Shown here one piece after another: positions 13,952-26,350 of a stretch of 64,000 nucleotides of DNA (positions within the stretch are counted from its first letter, which is position 1; every line of letters begins with the position of its first letter). The notes beneath the pieces were generated by a model. That model made no database searches. It saw only the letters and a program-made list of their open reading frames with translations, and had not been told where the DNA came from. The DNA comes from Puccinia triticina (Eukaryota), in NCBI GenBank assembly GCA_026914245.1, contig CP110440.1:496001-560000 (forward strand), read 5' to 3'. Made by a program: the position numbers and the translations under genes.

Positions 13952-16900
13952 TCAATCCTCCGCGTTGGGAAATTTTTTGTTGAACTCTTGAAGTAGTTGT
14001 TGACAGTGTGTGAGATTTGCGCCCGGTTCCCATGAATTTGCGTCCGGTCCGTAACCCTTCCATCCCACTAGGTACTCCGTCTTCCGCCGTCGCCGCCTAC
14101 AGTCCAATATCTCTTCCACCTCCCACTCTTCTTCGCCTTCAACTTTGATTGGTCCGGGTTCCGCCGCGGCCCTCCATTTTATGGTGTCGTGATTGGCCCT
14201 TCTGAGTACTGAAACATGGAAATTTGGGTGCACCCCTTTCATGGAGGGTGGTAGCGTCAGTGTATACACCAATGGAGAGACTTTATTAGAAATGAAATAC
14301 GGCCCTAGCCATCTATGCGATAATTTCGGGCTGGGTCGTGTCGTGGAGATGTTCTTGCTGCTAAGCCAAACCGCATCGCCTACGCCCCAAGACGGTGTCT
14401 CACGCACGCGCCTATCTAAATGTTTCCTCATGGCTGCTTGCGCCCCTTCCAAGCTTGCCTTCAGCTCTTCTTGTGTATTGATCAGTCCCTCCAGGCGTTT
14501 CTCGACCACTGGGAGGCACTGGGCTGACAAAGGCACTCCGCCTATTGTCGCGTCAAAACCATAATTTGCGTTAAAAGGCGACATGCCCATCGACGAGTGG
14601 TCGTGGTTGTTGTGAGCGAATTCCGCCATAGCGAGCAGCGGCTCCCAATCGTCTTGATGGTAATTGACGAAGTGTCGGAGATATTGTTCAACAGCCTTAT
14701 TGACTATCTCCGACTGGCCGTCAGTCCTAGGGTGGTATGCCCTGGAGGGGCATAGTCGGATGCCTAAGGATTTGCTGAGTTCTTTGGTGATCTGCGATAT
14801 AAAGATGCTTCCCCTATTGGAGACTATTGTTTTTGGCGTGCCATGAAGCTTCCACACATGGCGTAGCATCAAGTCCGCCAGCTCCCCGGCTGTCGTCGTC
14901 TTCTTGCACGGTATGAAGTGGGCCATCTTAGTTAGACGGTCCACTACCGTCAGGATGCTGTCGGCCCCCTTTGATTCTGGCAAGTTGGTGATTAGGTCGT
15001 AGGAGATGTCGGTCCACGGACCCGCTGGTATGGGCAGTGGTTCAAGGGTTCCCATGGGTTTCTGCGTCGATGATTTGACTCTTTGACAAGAGTCGAAGCC
15101 GTCGACGTATCTGTTCAAGAATTGCTTCATTGACGGCCAGCTGAAACAGCGCTGGATTAGCGCCAACGTCTTGGCTCTTCCCGGGTGCCCCGCCATTCTG
15201 CAGTCGTGGCGGCTGTGTGTGATTGCCCTTTTGATTGACTCGTCCGCTGGTACCTCAATCACTCCGTTTTGGTATAACACCCCGTCCACGTGTGTGTATC
15301 CGTCCGAACTGGCCCCTTCCATTTGTACCCTCTTTAACAACGCTGTCAGTCGCAGATCATTTTCTGTGGCTGTGCGGATGAGACTTATCAATTCGGTGTC
15401 CGTTGGCACCATTTCCGCCTCTGACGAGTCTGGGTGGTCCTCCTCCCTGGTGCCAAGCACATCCACTTCGAAATATCTTTCGGCGTCGTCCAAGTCAACA
15501 GTCTCGTCCACGAACCATTCGTCCACCTCGGCCCATTCAAGTTTGGAGACTGCGGCGAAAGTTTCTGGTGTGATGTTCTCCGGTCTTAGTAACTGGCCAA
15601 ATGATAGTTTGTCCTCCTTGCTAGGTGCCAGGTCTGGGCGTCTCGACAGCGCATCGGGCTTGGTTGCTTGTCTCCCGGGTCGGAATACGATCTCGAAATC
15701 AAAGTTGCCCAGGGTCTCTGCCCAACGCGCTTGCCGACGGGATAGACTCTTGCTTGTCATGAAGCTTTCGAGATTTCTGTGGTCTGTATACACGATTGCC
15801 TTTAAGCGGTTGGGGTTGCCTTCTAGGTAGTGGCGCCATTCCTTGAAGGCCGCTACGATAGCCAGTAGCTCCTTGTCAAATATCTCGTAATTCCGTTCCG
15901 CTTGTATGAGAGATCTCGACAGGTAAGCTACAGGGTGTAATTTGTTATCTTTCTTGCATACTTGAGACAGAACCGCTCCTAGCGCAAAGTCTGAACAATC
16001 GCACTCCAGAAGGAACGGTCAGTAGGGGTCCGCGATCTTCAGGATAGGGGCCGTCGTAAACGCAGTTTTGAGTGACTCAAACGCTGCATCGCACCGCGCG
16101 TCCCAACTGAAACGTGTGTCCGCTTTTGTAAGGTCATGTAGCGGTCTTGTGGTCCGAGAGAATTGGTCAATAAAGCGCCGGTAGAAGTTAGCAAAACCCA
16201 CGAATCGTTGTAATTCGGTGACGTTAGTGAGGGCCGGCCAATCCGTAACCGCTTTGACTTTTGCCAGGTCCATCCGCACTCGGTTGCACGATATGAGCAA
16301 CCCCAGGTACTCGACCTCATCCCGCGAGAACTCGCACTTCTCTGGTTTGAGCCAAAGTTGGTGCTTGCTGAGCGTCTCCAAAATTCCACTGACCGCTTCT
16401 TCGTGATCGGTCCCGCGTTGCGTGTACACCATGATATCGTCAAGGTACGCCGCCGTATCCTTCCCTATCCTGCCAAGCAGGATATCCTGTATGAAAAACT
16501 GGAAGAAGCCTGGCGCCCCCGTCGGTCCAAACGGCATTGTCAGTGGGGCGAACTGGCCGGCGCGGCACACAAAGGCTAACTTTTCTTTGTCGCCCTCTGC
16601 TACCCTAAGGTTGCCGTAGGCGTTTCGCAGATTGAGCTTGGTGAACTTGTCAGCGTTGAGAAGGCTGTCCACTAAATCCATCATCAAGGGGAGTGGGTAC
16701 TTATTTTTTACCGTAAGCGCGTTCAGTTTACGATAGTCAAAGCACGGTCGTAGGTTACCGTCTTTCTTCCCAGTGAACAGGACCGGGGCCGCCCATGGGG
16801 ATGTTGTTCGCCGTATTGTCCCGTTGTCCAGGCCCTCTCTGATGAGCTTGTCCAACGCGTCGTTCTCTGCGGGGGATAGCGGGATCACTCGACTGGCTTG

Positions 16901-18091
16901 CGGTACTGCTCCCAGGACTAGATCCACCCAAAAGTTGTACTTTCGCCGGGGTGGTAGCCGCTGAGCCTCCGTCTTACGAAACATGTGGAGGTAGGAGTGG
17001 TACTTTGTCGGCACCATTTCTTCCAGTGCTTTCGCCGGTTCAGCGCCTTTTGCATCAGCTGCTAGCCTTGCCGATGTGGACCAGGATGCCTTCGCCGCGT
17101 AGATTGATCCGGGTGTCTGTTCTGTCAAATCCAGAAGATGTGTCCGCTTGCCAGATGCCCTTAAATCTGCAGGATACATGGGGGATGGGGGTATGGTTGG
17201 GGACTCACATCGCAGGGGCGTTGTTCCGCATAAAGCGCGCACCCCCTCGTCGTTTAACCTCGCGTATCTCCCTACGGGCTCCTTCCCGTCGGTGGAGGTT
17301 GATTTTGGTATAGACGAAGCCGCTGGAGCGGCCGCGATGGTAGCCTTCAGTGTCTCTCTTGAGGTCAATCCGGTTGGAACTTCGTCGGCCGTCGCTTGCT
17401 TGTGGAGAGGGGTTATCGTCGGTACCTGTGTGGAAAGTCCTAACGGATGTATCCGCTTGCCAGTTGCTCTTACTTGGGCGACAAAATCAGGCGGCTGGTG
17501 GGACTCACATCGCGGGGGTGTTGATCGGCATAAAGCACGCACCCCCTCGTCAATTCTCCTCGCTTGCCTCGCCACGGGCTCCTCCCCGTCCTGCGAGGTT
17601 TTTTTCGGAGTTGACGACGCTGTTTCGGCAGCGGCGATCCCTATGGAGTTGGGCCTCAGTCGGCGGTTGGACCAGTCGATTCTGTGGCCGTGATTCCTGA
17701 TCCACGGCATCCCGAGGATCCCGTCGTAGGTGTCCTTGAGGGTGGTGACGATAAAAGTGGAGGGGTCTGGGTCATGATCTAGCGCTAAGTCCACCTCCTG
17801 GGATGACCGGCTCCTGGATCCGTCGAAGCCGGATATGGTCCTCACGGCGGCTGAATCCGCCAATCTCAGGCCCGCTTTGGCTGCAAACTTTTCACTCATC
17901 ACATTGTGAGTAGCGCCAGAATCTATAAGGAAGGTGGCGAAAAGGGGGGTTGTGGCTTGGGGAGTGTGAAGGGGTTGGAAAGTGAGGCTGACGAACAGCC
18001 TAGAATCCATTGCATTTCTAGTGACAATGGTACAGGATCCAACTTTAGCTGACACAGTATCCCTGTTGCTTGGGGGAGGCACAACCGTCAC
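13952..18091 (-). pseudogene. pol: Chromovirus Pol (PR-RT-RNase H-INT-chromodomain) with one in-frame TGA at 16019-16021
   Basis: LIDSGAT protease, YLDD RT, TDHRNL RNase H, GHPG..C..C and integrase core, EEWEVEEILD..YLVGWKGY..NSWEP chromodomain. ORFs 16019-18091 and 13952-15793 are in the same frame. Confidence 0.95.
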
Positions 18092-19095
18092 TCCCGAGCA
18101 TCGCCATTTTTTGACTCATCCGCCCTCCCTGCGCCTCCGCTTGTCCCCTCGCCCGTAGTGAGTCGTCGTACTTGGTCCTCCAGTTCGGCGATCCGCGCGT
18201 CCACCCTGCCCTTGCCCTTTCCTTTCTTCGGACATCCTCTCGCGATGTGCCCCTTCTCGCCGCAGTAGAAGCAGAGCCCGGCCTTCATCATGCTGGCTTT
18301 GTCCGAGCTTGAGAGTGTCCCCCGTATCGCCGAGATATCCATGGCGTTAGGGTCGACCGATGGGGTGGGGTCCACTGCGTTCGGATCCGCGCCGTTGATC
18401 TCATTGTCGATCTTCAGGGCTAGGTTGCAGAGGTCGGTGAGCGCCGTGAATTGAGCCCTTGCTAGTACTAGTGCCAGTCGTATGTCCTTCTTGAGACCTT
18501 GTTGGTACTGGCTCATGAGGGTACTCGTCTCCCAGCCCGTGTTTGATGCATGTTGATTGAACTGGAAAGTGTAGTGCGCCACCGACTTCGTCTGTTTCAG
18601 TTGTCGGAGCGCTTTCTCGGCCCTGGATTTCCGCTCGGTGTCGTAGTACATCATCTGGAAGGAAGTGGCGAAATCGAGGTAGGAGACTGGCTGTCCGGCG
18701 AAGAGCTTCGTTGTGAAGGGTTGAGCCCATTCACTAGCCTGGCCGGTCAAGTACGAGATTGAGAAGATCACTTTGCTGCGATCGTCGGGGAACATTCGGG
18801 GGTTGGATAGTACGTAGAGACCAATCTGAGTCACGTAGACCTCGGCCTTTGGTCCTCTTGTACCGTCGTACTTGTCGGGGAGGCCCACCTTGGGCCCTTT
18901 CGCGGGGGTATCCTCTGGGACTTGGGGTGCGTTCGGAGGCTGTCCTGAGACGACGGGCACGACTGCTGGGGCTACCGCGCCCGCTCGAGCTGCCGCGAGT
19001 TCGGCCTCAGCTCGTTGACGAAGGCCTCGTTCTTCTTGGATGGCGGCTGCGAGCTCGTCCACTCGGGCGCGTAGTGCCGCTGCGTCCTCGGCCAT
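18088..19095 (-). CDS. gag: Chromovirus Gag with CCHC zinc knuckle
   Basis: Intact 335-aa ORF; CFYCGEKGHIARGC; A_AAA_AAT slippery heptamer at 18112-18106. Confidence 0.93.
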   Translation of the reverse strand: MAEDAAALRARVDELAAAIQEERGLRQRAEAELAAARAGAVAPAVVPVVSGQPPNAPQVPEDTPAKGPKVGLPDKYDGTRGPKAEVYVTQIGLYVLSNPRMFPDDRSKVIFSISYLTGQASEWAQPFTTKLFAGQPVSYLDFATSFQMMYYDTERKSRAEKALRQLKQTKSVAHYTFQFNQHASNTGWETSTLMSQYQQGLKKDIRLALVLARAQFTALTDLCNLALKIDNEINGADPNAVDPTPSVDPNAMDISAIRGTLSSSDKASMMKAGLCFYCGEKGHIARGCPKKGKGKGRVDARIAELEDQVRRLTTGEGTSGGAGRADESKNGDARE

Positions 19096-19462
19096 CTGGT
19101 GTTGGTGGTAGTCTGATTTGGTTCGAGTTGGGTTGTGGTCTGTGTGGTTGTCTCGGATTGGTGTCTGTTGGTCTTCTTGGTTCGGTTCTTTCTTTCCGGT
19201 TCTTTCTTTTCGATTTGATTCTTTATGGTTCTTTCTGGGGTCGGCCTCGTCTCCCGTTTAGTGATCTAGCAATATGTAAGGTCCCTCTGTCGGGAGAGTT
19301 GAGGCGGTCTGAAGTGTCTAGCTATAACATAGATTGCTAGATGGGGAAGTAGGATGTTCTCCCCCCCCCAGGTCCCTCTAATGCTAGGGACCTGTGACAT
19401 GTACATACAATAAGTAACATGCCCTCTGGAGTAAGCCAGGCGCGCAAGCGCAGCTCATAACA

Positions 19463-22400
19463 TTTGGGTAGGTTGGCGGTCAGTAGGGAGGATCTGACGA
19501 AGTTGCTGATTGTTCTGTTGGTCCGTTCTGCCACTCCATTCAGTTCCGGCGAGTGAGGCAGGCCCGGTTCGTGTTTGATACCCGCCTGAGACAGGTAGTC
19601 GGAGAATTTGTTTGATATGTGTTCGCCGCCGTTGTCCGTTCTCAAGGATAGGACTGTGTGGGTGCCACTTCTCTCAAAAAGGGCACGAAAAAGCTTGAAA
19701 CACGCAAAAGAATCGCTCTTTGATTTCATTGGATAAATAGAAAGAGACTTGGAACAATCATCGACAAAAGTAATGAAATACTTGTAACCCTCTCGTGAAA
19801 CCACCTCGTAGGACCCGACATCGGAATGAATTATTTGGCCGGGTAGGGATGACTGGTGTGAGGATTGTGAGTGGAATGCCTTGCGGGGCATTTTTGTTTG
19901 AACACAAATCGGGCACTTTTGAACGTTGATTTCATTCATAACTGTTGGCGTGATGTTGTGAAGTTTGAGGAAAGATTTGAGGGGTTTCAATCCAATGTGC
20001 GAGAAACGGAGATGGTATGCCATCAGAGAGTTGTTTGGGATTTTTGGGGAGAGAGTTAAAGACGAATTCGAGCTCACAGGCTTGGAGGGCAAGTAATAAA
20101 GGTTGCCCCTTTGGTATCCTCTCCCGGCGAGTTCGCCGGTAATTTGGGCCATTCAAGTAGTAAGGAAGTTGCACGAAGTTTTAGTGAAGACAACTGTCAG
20201 TCCCTCGTCGCACAGGGCGGCAACTGATAGGAGATGTTCGTGTAGGGATGGAACCACTAGGGATTTGACAGATCGATTGCCGGAGAGTGGGAGTTTAAGG
20301 AGACCTTTGTGAGACGACTCGACTGTGGAATGGTCGGCTAGTCGAACAGGGGTTCTGTTGGGTTTTGGGAAATCGACCGTAGTGATGTCCGGTGTCATCA
20401 ACATCGAGCATCCCAAGTCTATATTGGCATCCCCTCCTCGCACTGGATCACAGGGAATGGAGAGAGAGACCACGGCGTTTCCAGCGGTAACTTTGACTTC
20501 CAAGCCTGAATAGTCCGAATCGTCGTCTTCGTTGTACTTGTGAGAAGATTGGCCTAACGTGGCCGCTGAGGTTCTGCCCGCCCGAGCCGCAGGTTTGGAG
20601 GAAGGAGGACCCTTGTCTTGCTGACTCGCTTCCCAGTGTGCTTTCTGAGCCGCTTTGTGGTTGGCGATGAGTTTCCTCGTGTTGTTGCACAAGTTGAGGT
20701 CATGCGAGTCACTGTTGCATAGTGGGCAACGACGGGGTTTCTTTGCGACGTCATTCCGGGGGCCTTTGGAAGAGTTGGTTGGTGGAGGGACCTTGGATGA
20801 GTTTGCCTTGGTGGAGGAAACAGAAATGATGTCTCCATGGGATTCGCGGCGGATAGCTTTGTTCTTCAAATGTCAGCCTTAGAGACATGTTTACATGTCC
20901 AAAAGTCTTCCTTTTATCCCTTTAAATATTGATATAATAATAGTAATGAATTATTAATAATATTTGATGTTTTTATACTTTATTTTATTTTATTCTATTT
21001 TATTACTTTATTATTTATTGTATTCTGAAGCGCAGGAGCGCTATAGAATTGTTCCGCGCACCTGCGCTACGGATTACATAAGTGCTTTTACATATATATA
21101 TTATATATACATATAAATTAAATGTAATTGAAATGTATTCAATCCATATTCTATTGCGCAATGTAGAGCGCACTATTATTTGAAACTAATAGAAATTTCC
21201 GGAAAAATAGAGGAAGTTCCTCATTTTTTCACTTATACCCGCCCCTCCTGACCTGGGCGGACTTTCCCCCACTTCGAAATCAGACCAGAAAAATATTCAC
21301 CAGTTACATCCAGCGCTTCCATCCGCTAAACTCGAAGGCCTTACTCCCAAATACTCCCACTAAGGTGCACAGTACTTGCAAGTAAGTAACCTTCCTGGTA
21401 ACTATGAATACCTTTCTCTTCTCTTTCTTAGTCCCCTTCGTGATTTGACCATTCCTTTCCCTCTCCCCCTTTTCCTCCCTTCTCTCCATTATGCGCACTG
21501 CGCCTGAATAACTTGAAATTGAATATCCAATCAAACTTGATAAATTATTCTTTTCTCTGTGTTTGGTGGTACAACCTGAAAACCACATAGGTTTCCCAGT
21601 AAAAAGCCTTGACTAGTTTCCTTTAGTCTAAAAAACTAGGGCTGATTACAGGTTTACCTGAATCAGACCTTCTTCAGTTTCCTTTGAAGAAGAGGCTAGT
21701 GACTCTTTCCTAGCTTATTCACACTCAACTTTAAGTTGAAAGCGCTCAAGGAAAAACTAAAAGCCTAAATAAAAGTCTGAACTTTCATCTTATTCCTCTT
21801 CTACACGTTGTAATACCTTTATATTTGAAATTACAACATATTGCCCCTTATTTCCTTCGTGTCCGCACATCACATAAGAGACGCCAGCTCACATCAAAGC
21901 TGAGATGATCGTTTCCGCCTTGACCCCCTCCTGATTCATGAGCGCCAATACGCAGTGGAGCCAGTCGGGAGGGATGGAACTGAGAAGAGCGGCCGTATGA
22001 ACATTGTCCGGGGTGAGAGGTTTGGTAGGAGTGACCAGGGCGTTAAGGCGCTCGTATGAATTCGCAAGAGATTTGATGTGCGAGTGAATGTTGTTACCCT
22101 CCATATGGACATTGACTAACTTGCGGATCCAGTACACGCGACCGCCAGTTGAAGAGTCTTGGTGAGCGCAGGACAGGTCGTCCCAGATCTTTGCGGCGTT
22201 ATCCTTGTCGGCTAGATGACGGAGATTGGTCTCGTCGACGATCTGCACCAGTACAGCACAGACCAAGTCGTTGTCTTCTTCCCACGTAGCCGGTCGACTG
22301 TTGGGGGAGACTGGGGTTAGGACATGATTGACCTTCGCGGATTTCAACACGCGAAGGACTACTTTCTTCCAGTTTAAGTAGTTGGATTCGGACCCTGGCG

Positions 22401-22512
22401 CCTTGAGGATTGGGAGCCTCGCCGTGAAGATTTTTGCGGTCGAGGCGGAGGCTTGCGAGCCAAGATTGATGTTGGTATGGGTTGATGGGACCTCTTTGGT
22501 GTCATTCGACAT
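19463..22512 (-). pseudogene. gag: Copia gag, protease and integrase N-terminus, interrupted by a solo LTR
   Basis: Copia-type gag, CPLCNSDSHDLNLC knuckle, HLRFSH..CPIC, LRTDNGGE, NGVAERTNRT. Confidence 0.9.
20871..21893. mobile_element. Solo LTR (1023 bp) inserted in copia gag
   Basis: TGTCAGC...GCTCACA ends; 5-bp TSD TCAAA at 20866-20870 and 21894-21898. Removing it rejoins ...IISAL|KNKAIRRES. Confidence 0.9.
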
Positions 22513-23477
22513 CGTTGCTAGAGAGGTGATAGAAGGTGATCCTTATTGAGAAATCCACGGATTGAAGTCACTCGATATGCCGATGTTTTACGTGCTTGGC
22601 GATGCTGATTGTAGCTGGAAGCTAGCTGGGACTCATAACCTGATGAGCAGGACAGGGTCTAGAGACAGCGGGCACAAGGCGCCGGTGAGTGAGGATGATG
22701 TGGAAGGATTATGTTCACGTCAGACACAAGGAAAGGAGAAAGAACAAAGAGAAAAGAGAAAAGACAAGAAAAGAAAGAATGAAGACTATACCTAGAGACA
22801 GCGGGCACGAGGCGCCGGTGAGTGAGGATGATGTGGAAGGATGAGGGAAAAGTCCTTCCACACCCGCTGTCTCAGGTGAACTAGATACAAGCTGTGACAT
22901 CTGAGTGAAATGAGAGTGATATGTATGTAGCACACGCAACAAAGAAAAATAAAGATGAAAGAGATAAACCTGTAATCTTAACAATATCTTCCCCTCTGTG
23001 CGGGCAGATATTGTAACTGATGTCAAAGATTGAACATCCTGGGTGTGCAATGTCGTAACACACTTCTGTTACAGTTAACGGTAACAGTAACAAGAGAAAA
23101 ACCGTTATGATATCGGTACGTTACCAATAACCATACCATACCTACCCACCGTTGCTTTGAAGAATCAGTTTGTGGAGAAATGGCCACCTGCATCTGCAGA
23201 CTTCTAACTAAAAATCTCAAAGCTTAAGTGAGATTTGAGAATAAGCCCTCCAATATTGGTGATGATTTAAACCAACCAACAGCAGAGCCACATGATTAAT
23301 AAACACAAGCTGGATTCATCCACAACTTTGCCTAATTCTGCATTCCAGGATTACTTTGGCACAGGAGTTTGTGTGTATTTGCTGGTTCAATCACAAAGCA
23401 AGAAGAATTGCCTCTTACACAAGTTGGCCCAGAATTGATCTCATCAATGCTTAGAAAAAGTCATTCTTAAAGGCCAG

Positions 23478-25399
23478 TGTAAAGCTCAAAAGTGTTCCTG
23501 AGTTTGCTGAGTGCGGAAAGGGATGTGTGAGGGAACCTCTGCCTTTCCATTGTAAAGTGAATGTTTTGGTATAACCCCTGAATATCAAATTTGAAATAAC
23601 AGGCCCTGGCTTGGTGAGTCCCTGCTTGGACCCGCCAGCACCGCAGTTGTACTGTCAAATTACGTGTAATTCAACAGTATAACTGCGGCAATAGCTGCTG
23701 GGCGGTGTACCGCACCCGGCACCGCTACACAGGTGCGTGCCAGGTGTGAGGGGTACCCGCCAAGCAGTGCTGATTACCAGTTGAAATTCTCAGGATGAGG
23801 TTCAAGCATACTTGTCAGCTAACCTGTCATTCAAGGATGGAAGCCCCCCAATCTTAGATTGGATGGTTTAATGTAGTGATAGTGGAGGTGTATCAAAAGA
23901 TAGCCTAATTTGAGCAGGTGGCTTAAGGGTTATGGTGATGTAGCTGATGTGTAAGTGTTTGTAATGATGTTGTAATTTGTATGTAAGGGTGTAAAACCAC
24001 AATATAGAGTGGGGCTAATACTGTAGAGTGAGCAACTATTGCACTGTTATAGGGTAAGCTGAGCGCAAGTAGTTTGCTGAGGGAAATTACAACTGGGGGG
24101 AGGAGAGCTTCCTTAAATAGACAAGAGTGAGAGATTTCATCTCCAGGGGAACAACAGAATGAGGGGTTTTAGCTGCCCTGAAAACTACAATGAGGTATTT
24201 TGGCTGGTGGTTGACAGGTCACATGAGGTCATGATGTCATATGAGGGAATTTAGCTAGTGAGAGATATGTTTTAGATGGCCTGGCCTGTCAAATGATGTA
24301 ATCTGCAAGCTGCATGAGGGGTTTTTGCAACGGTGTATCCGCTGCGCTGCATATAGCGTAGCGAAGCGGTTAGCGCAGCGATTTTTTGGGTCGCTGCGCT
24401 ACGCGCTATGCGCAGCGATTTTTTGGGTCGCTGCGCTACGCGCTATGCGCAGCGGGCAGATCGCTGCGCTACACGCTTTTTTGATTTTCCCGGAAAAAAA
24501 ATCAAAAAATAGCGCGCTAAAGAAGCAATCACGTAGCGGTCAGCGCCGCTTTTCTCTATGCCATGTGGGATTAAAAAAAAAAAAAAAAAGGAAACAGGGT
24601 TTAACATACATAAAAACACGTTTAGAACATAAAACTGTTCCGCTATCCACTAATTTAGCGGTTAGCGTAGCAAATTTTTGCTTTTGCTGCGCTTTCGCTA
24701 ATGGCCCTGGGAGGGTAGCAGACAATCGCTGCGCGTAGCGAGTAGCGCAGCGGTGTTCTCACTGCGCTATCGCTTTTTGGTCTGGTCACGTAGCGGTCAA
24801 CCGCTGCGCTACGCTAAAAGGCCGCTTTTTTTAGCATAGCGCAGCGGATACACCGTTGGTTTTTGCTATCTTGACACCTGCATGAACTGCAGCCCCTGTT
24901 ACACTAGCCTGCATGCACCTGCATAAGACTGCATAAGCCTGCATAAGACTGCATAAGACTGCATAAGCCTGCATAAGACTGCATAAGACTGCATAAGACT
25001 GCATAAGACTGCATAAGACTGTATAGGACTGCATAAGCCTGCATAAGCCTGCATCTAGTGTGCATGACACTGCATAACACTGCATGACACTGCATGACAT
25101 GCATGACATGTGCATAACATGTGCATAGCACAATGTAATGAGTGCAGCTAATGAGGTAAAGCATATGTAAAGGGTAGACAAGTGTCAGAGTGGCCCATGT
25201 AATGGATTACATGGTCCTGGGTAAGGGTGGTTCATGTAACGGATTACATGACCTGAGTGTGGTGTTTGGAAGGGGTTGTAAATTGTGATCCAGAGGGGTG
25301 TAAGGTGGAACCCAGTGGTGCCGCCATATTGGTTGATTTGAGAGTGTACATATGAGAAAAAAGGAAATTTTGAAATAGGCTAGATGGGTAACCATAACA
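23478..25399. repeat. Dispersed repeat, copy 2, with a longer decamer array and insertions
   Basis: Homologous to 5110-6395; begins TG and ends CATAACA. Confidence 0.7.
24328..24858. mobile_element. MITE with CAACGGTG termini and 7-bp TSD
   Basis: TIRs CAACGGTGTATCCGCTGCGCT / AGCGCAGCGGATACACCGTTG; GTTTTTG duplicated. The empty site is visible in the paralogous repeat near 5900. Confidence 0.9.
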
Positions 25400-25785
25400 C
25401 CGGGTACCCTTCAACTGATCACTAATTGAATATTTGATCAGCAGAGCAGTTGATCATAGATTAGGCTACAGTCACCCTTGCAATACTGTGGAAAGTTACA
25501 CAAGAGTTATGGTCAACTCTAGCATCACATTGGTACCTGAGTCTGATGGAATTGCGGTGTGGCACTCTGTAGGAAGTGCAACAATTCCCCCCCTGGTGTG
25601 GGTGTATGTAAGCTGAGAATTTTGGCGGTATTATCTGAGATATTCAAAAAACCCCACCACTCTGGACCTTAGGACCCCGGGTGCCTCCGTGGGGGGGGAG
25701 TCTTTAGGAGGTTTTTAGGTAGAGCGATCAGGTGGATGGCTTCTTTGTATTGCCCAGGAATAGCCCTCACAAGAATGACCACTAA

Positions 25786-25973
25786 GGGTGTTCAAAGTTG
25801 ACTTGCATAAAATCATAACACCATAAAATCATAAAATCTAAGCTGAAAAAAATATGTACCACCCAAACACTCAAATTAGAGCCCCATTTCTAAAATGGTA
25901 CATATAAAATCATCCTTTGAAAATTTTATGATTTTATGTATTGAAAATTTTATGATTTCAACTTTGAACACCT
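25786..25973. mobile_element. PIF/Harbinger (Tourist-like) MITE
   Basis: TIR (G/A)GGTGTTCAAAGTTGA; TAA TSD; internal cataaaat repeats. Confidence 0.85.
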
Positions 25974-26350
25974 TAACTGAGTGGCCAGTTTTTGAGGGAT
26001 AAATTTGTACAAGACAGCTCAAATTGGGGGCTAAAACCTGCTACATGGGGCTTGAAATTGAAATTTGAGAGATAGAGGTGATATGGATGTAAATACAAAA
26101 GTTCTGATTTTCTGCACAAAAGCCCATCAGCATCAGTGTTGTAACCTAAGTGGTTAGGTTACAGTTAGTGACAGTGACACTTGCCTGTCCGGAGACCATA
26201 CTATGTCTTCCGGGAATAAGCTACAGAGCTTATTCCTCACTACTCTTATATACACTTTTGGTCATATCAATAAGCCAGAATAAGCCTCTCCTTCGGAGAC
26301 GCTTTGCGCCTCCTTGGAAAGGCGTAGTTAAGCTCGGGGGCAGGCGGCGC

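Larger units (their letters stand above)
13651..19462 (-). mobile_element. Ty3/gypsy chromovirus nested in the copia integrase
   Basis: LTRs 13651-13837 and 19275-19462 differ by one substitution and one C in a homopolymer; TSD TTTGG. Removing it restores copia ...ANLPK|SFWVDA. Confidence 0.97.
10670..22983 (-). mobile_element. Ty1/copia LTR retrotransposon, disrupted by two nested insertions
   Basis: 343-bp LTRs at 10670-11012 and 22641-22983 (TG..CA, about 8 differences); 5-bp TSD ATATC; PBS GGTTATGAGTCC; PPT AGGGGGGA; gag-PR-INT-RT-RH order. Confidence 0.97.

Noticed and set aside
19337..19462. C-terminal extension of the integrase ORF (CYELRLRAW...)
   Set aside because: Read-through into the inserted chromovirus LTR.
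24905..25110. GCATAAGACT decamer array and its repeat-peptide ORFs
   Set aside because: Simple minisatellite inside a dispersed repeat; no coding evidence.
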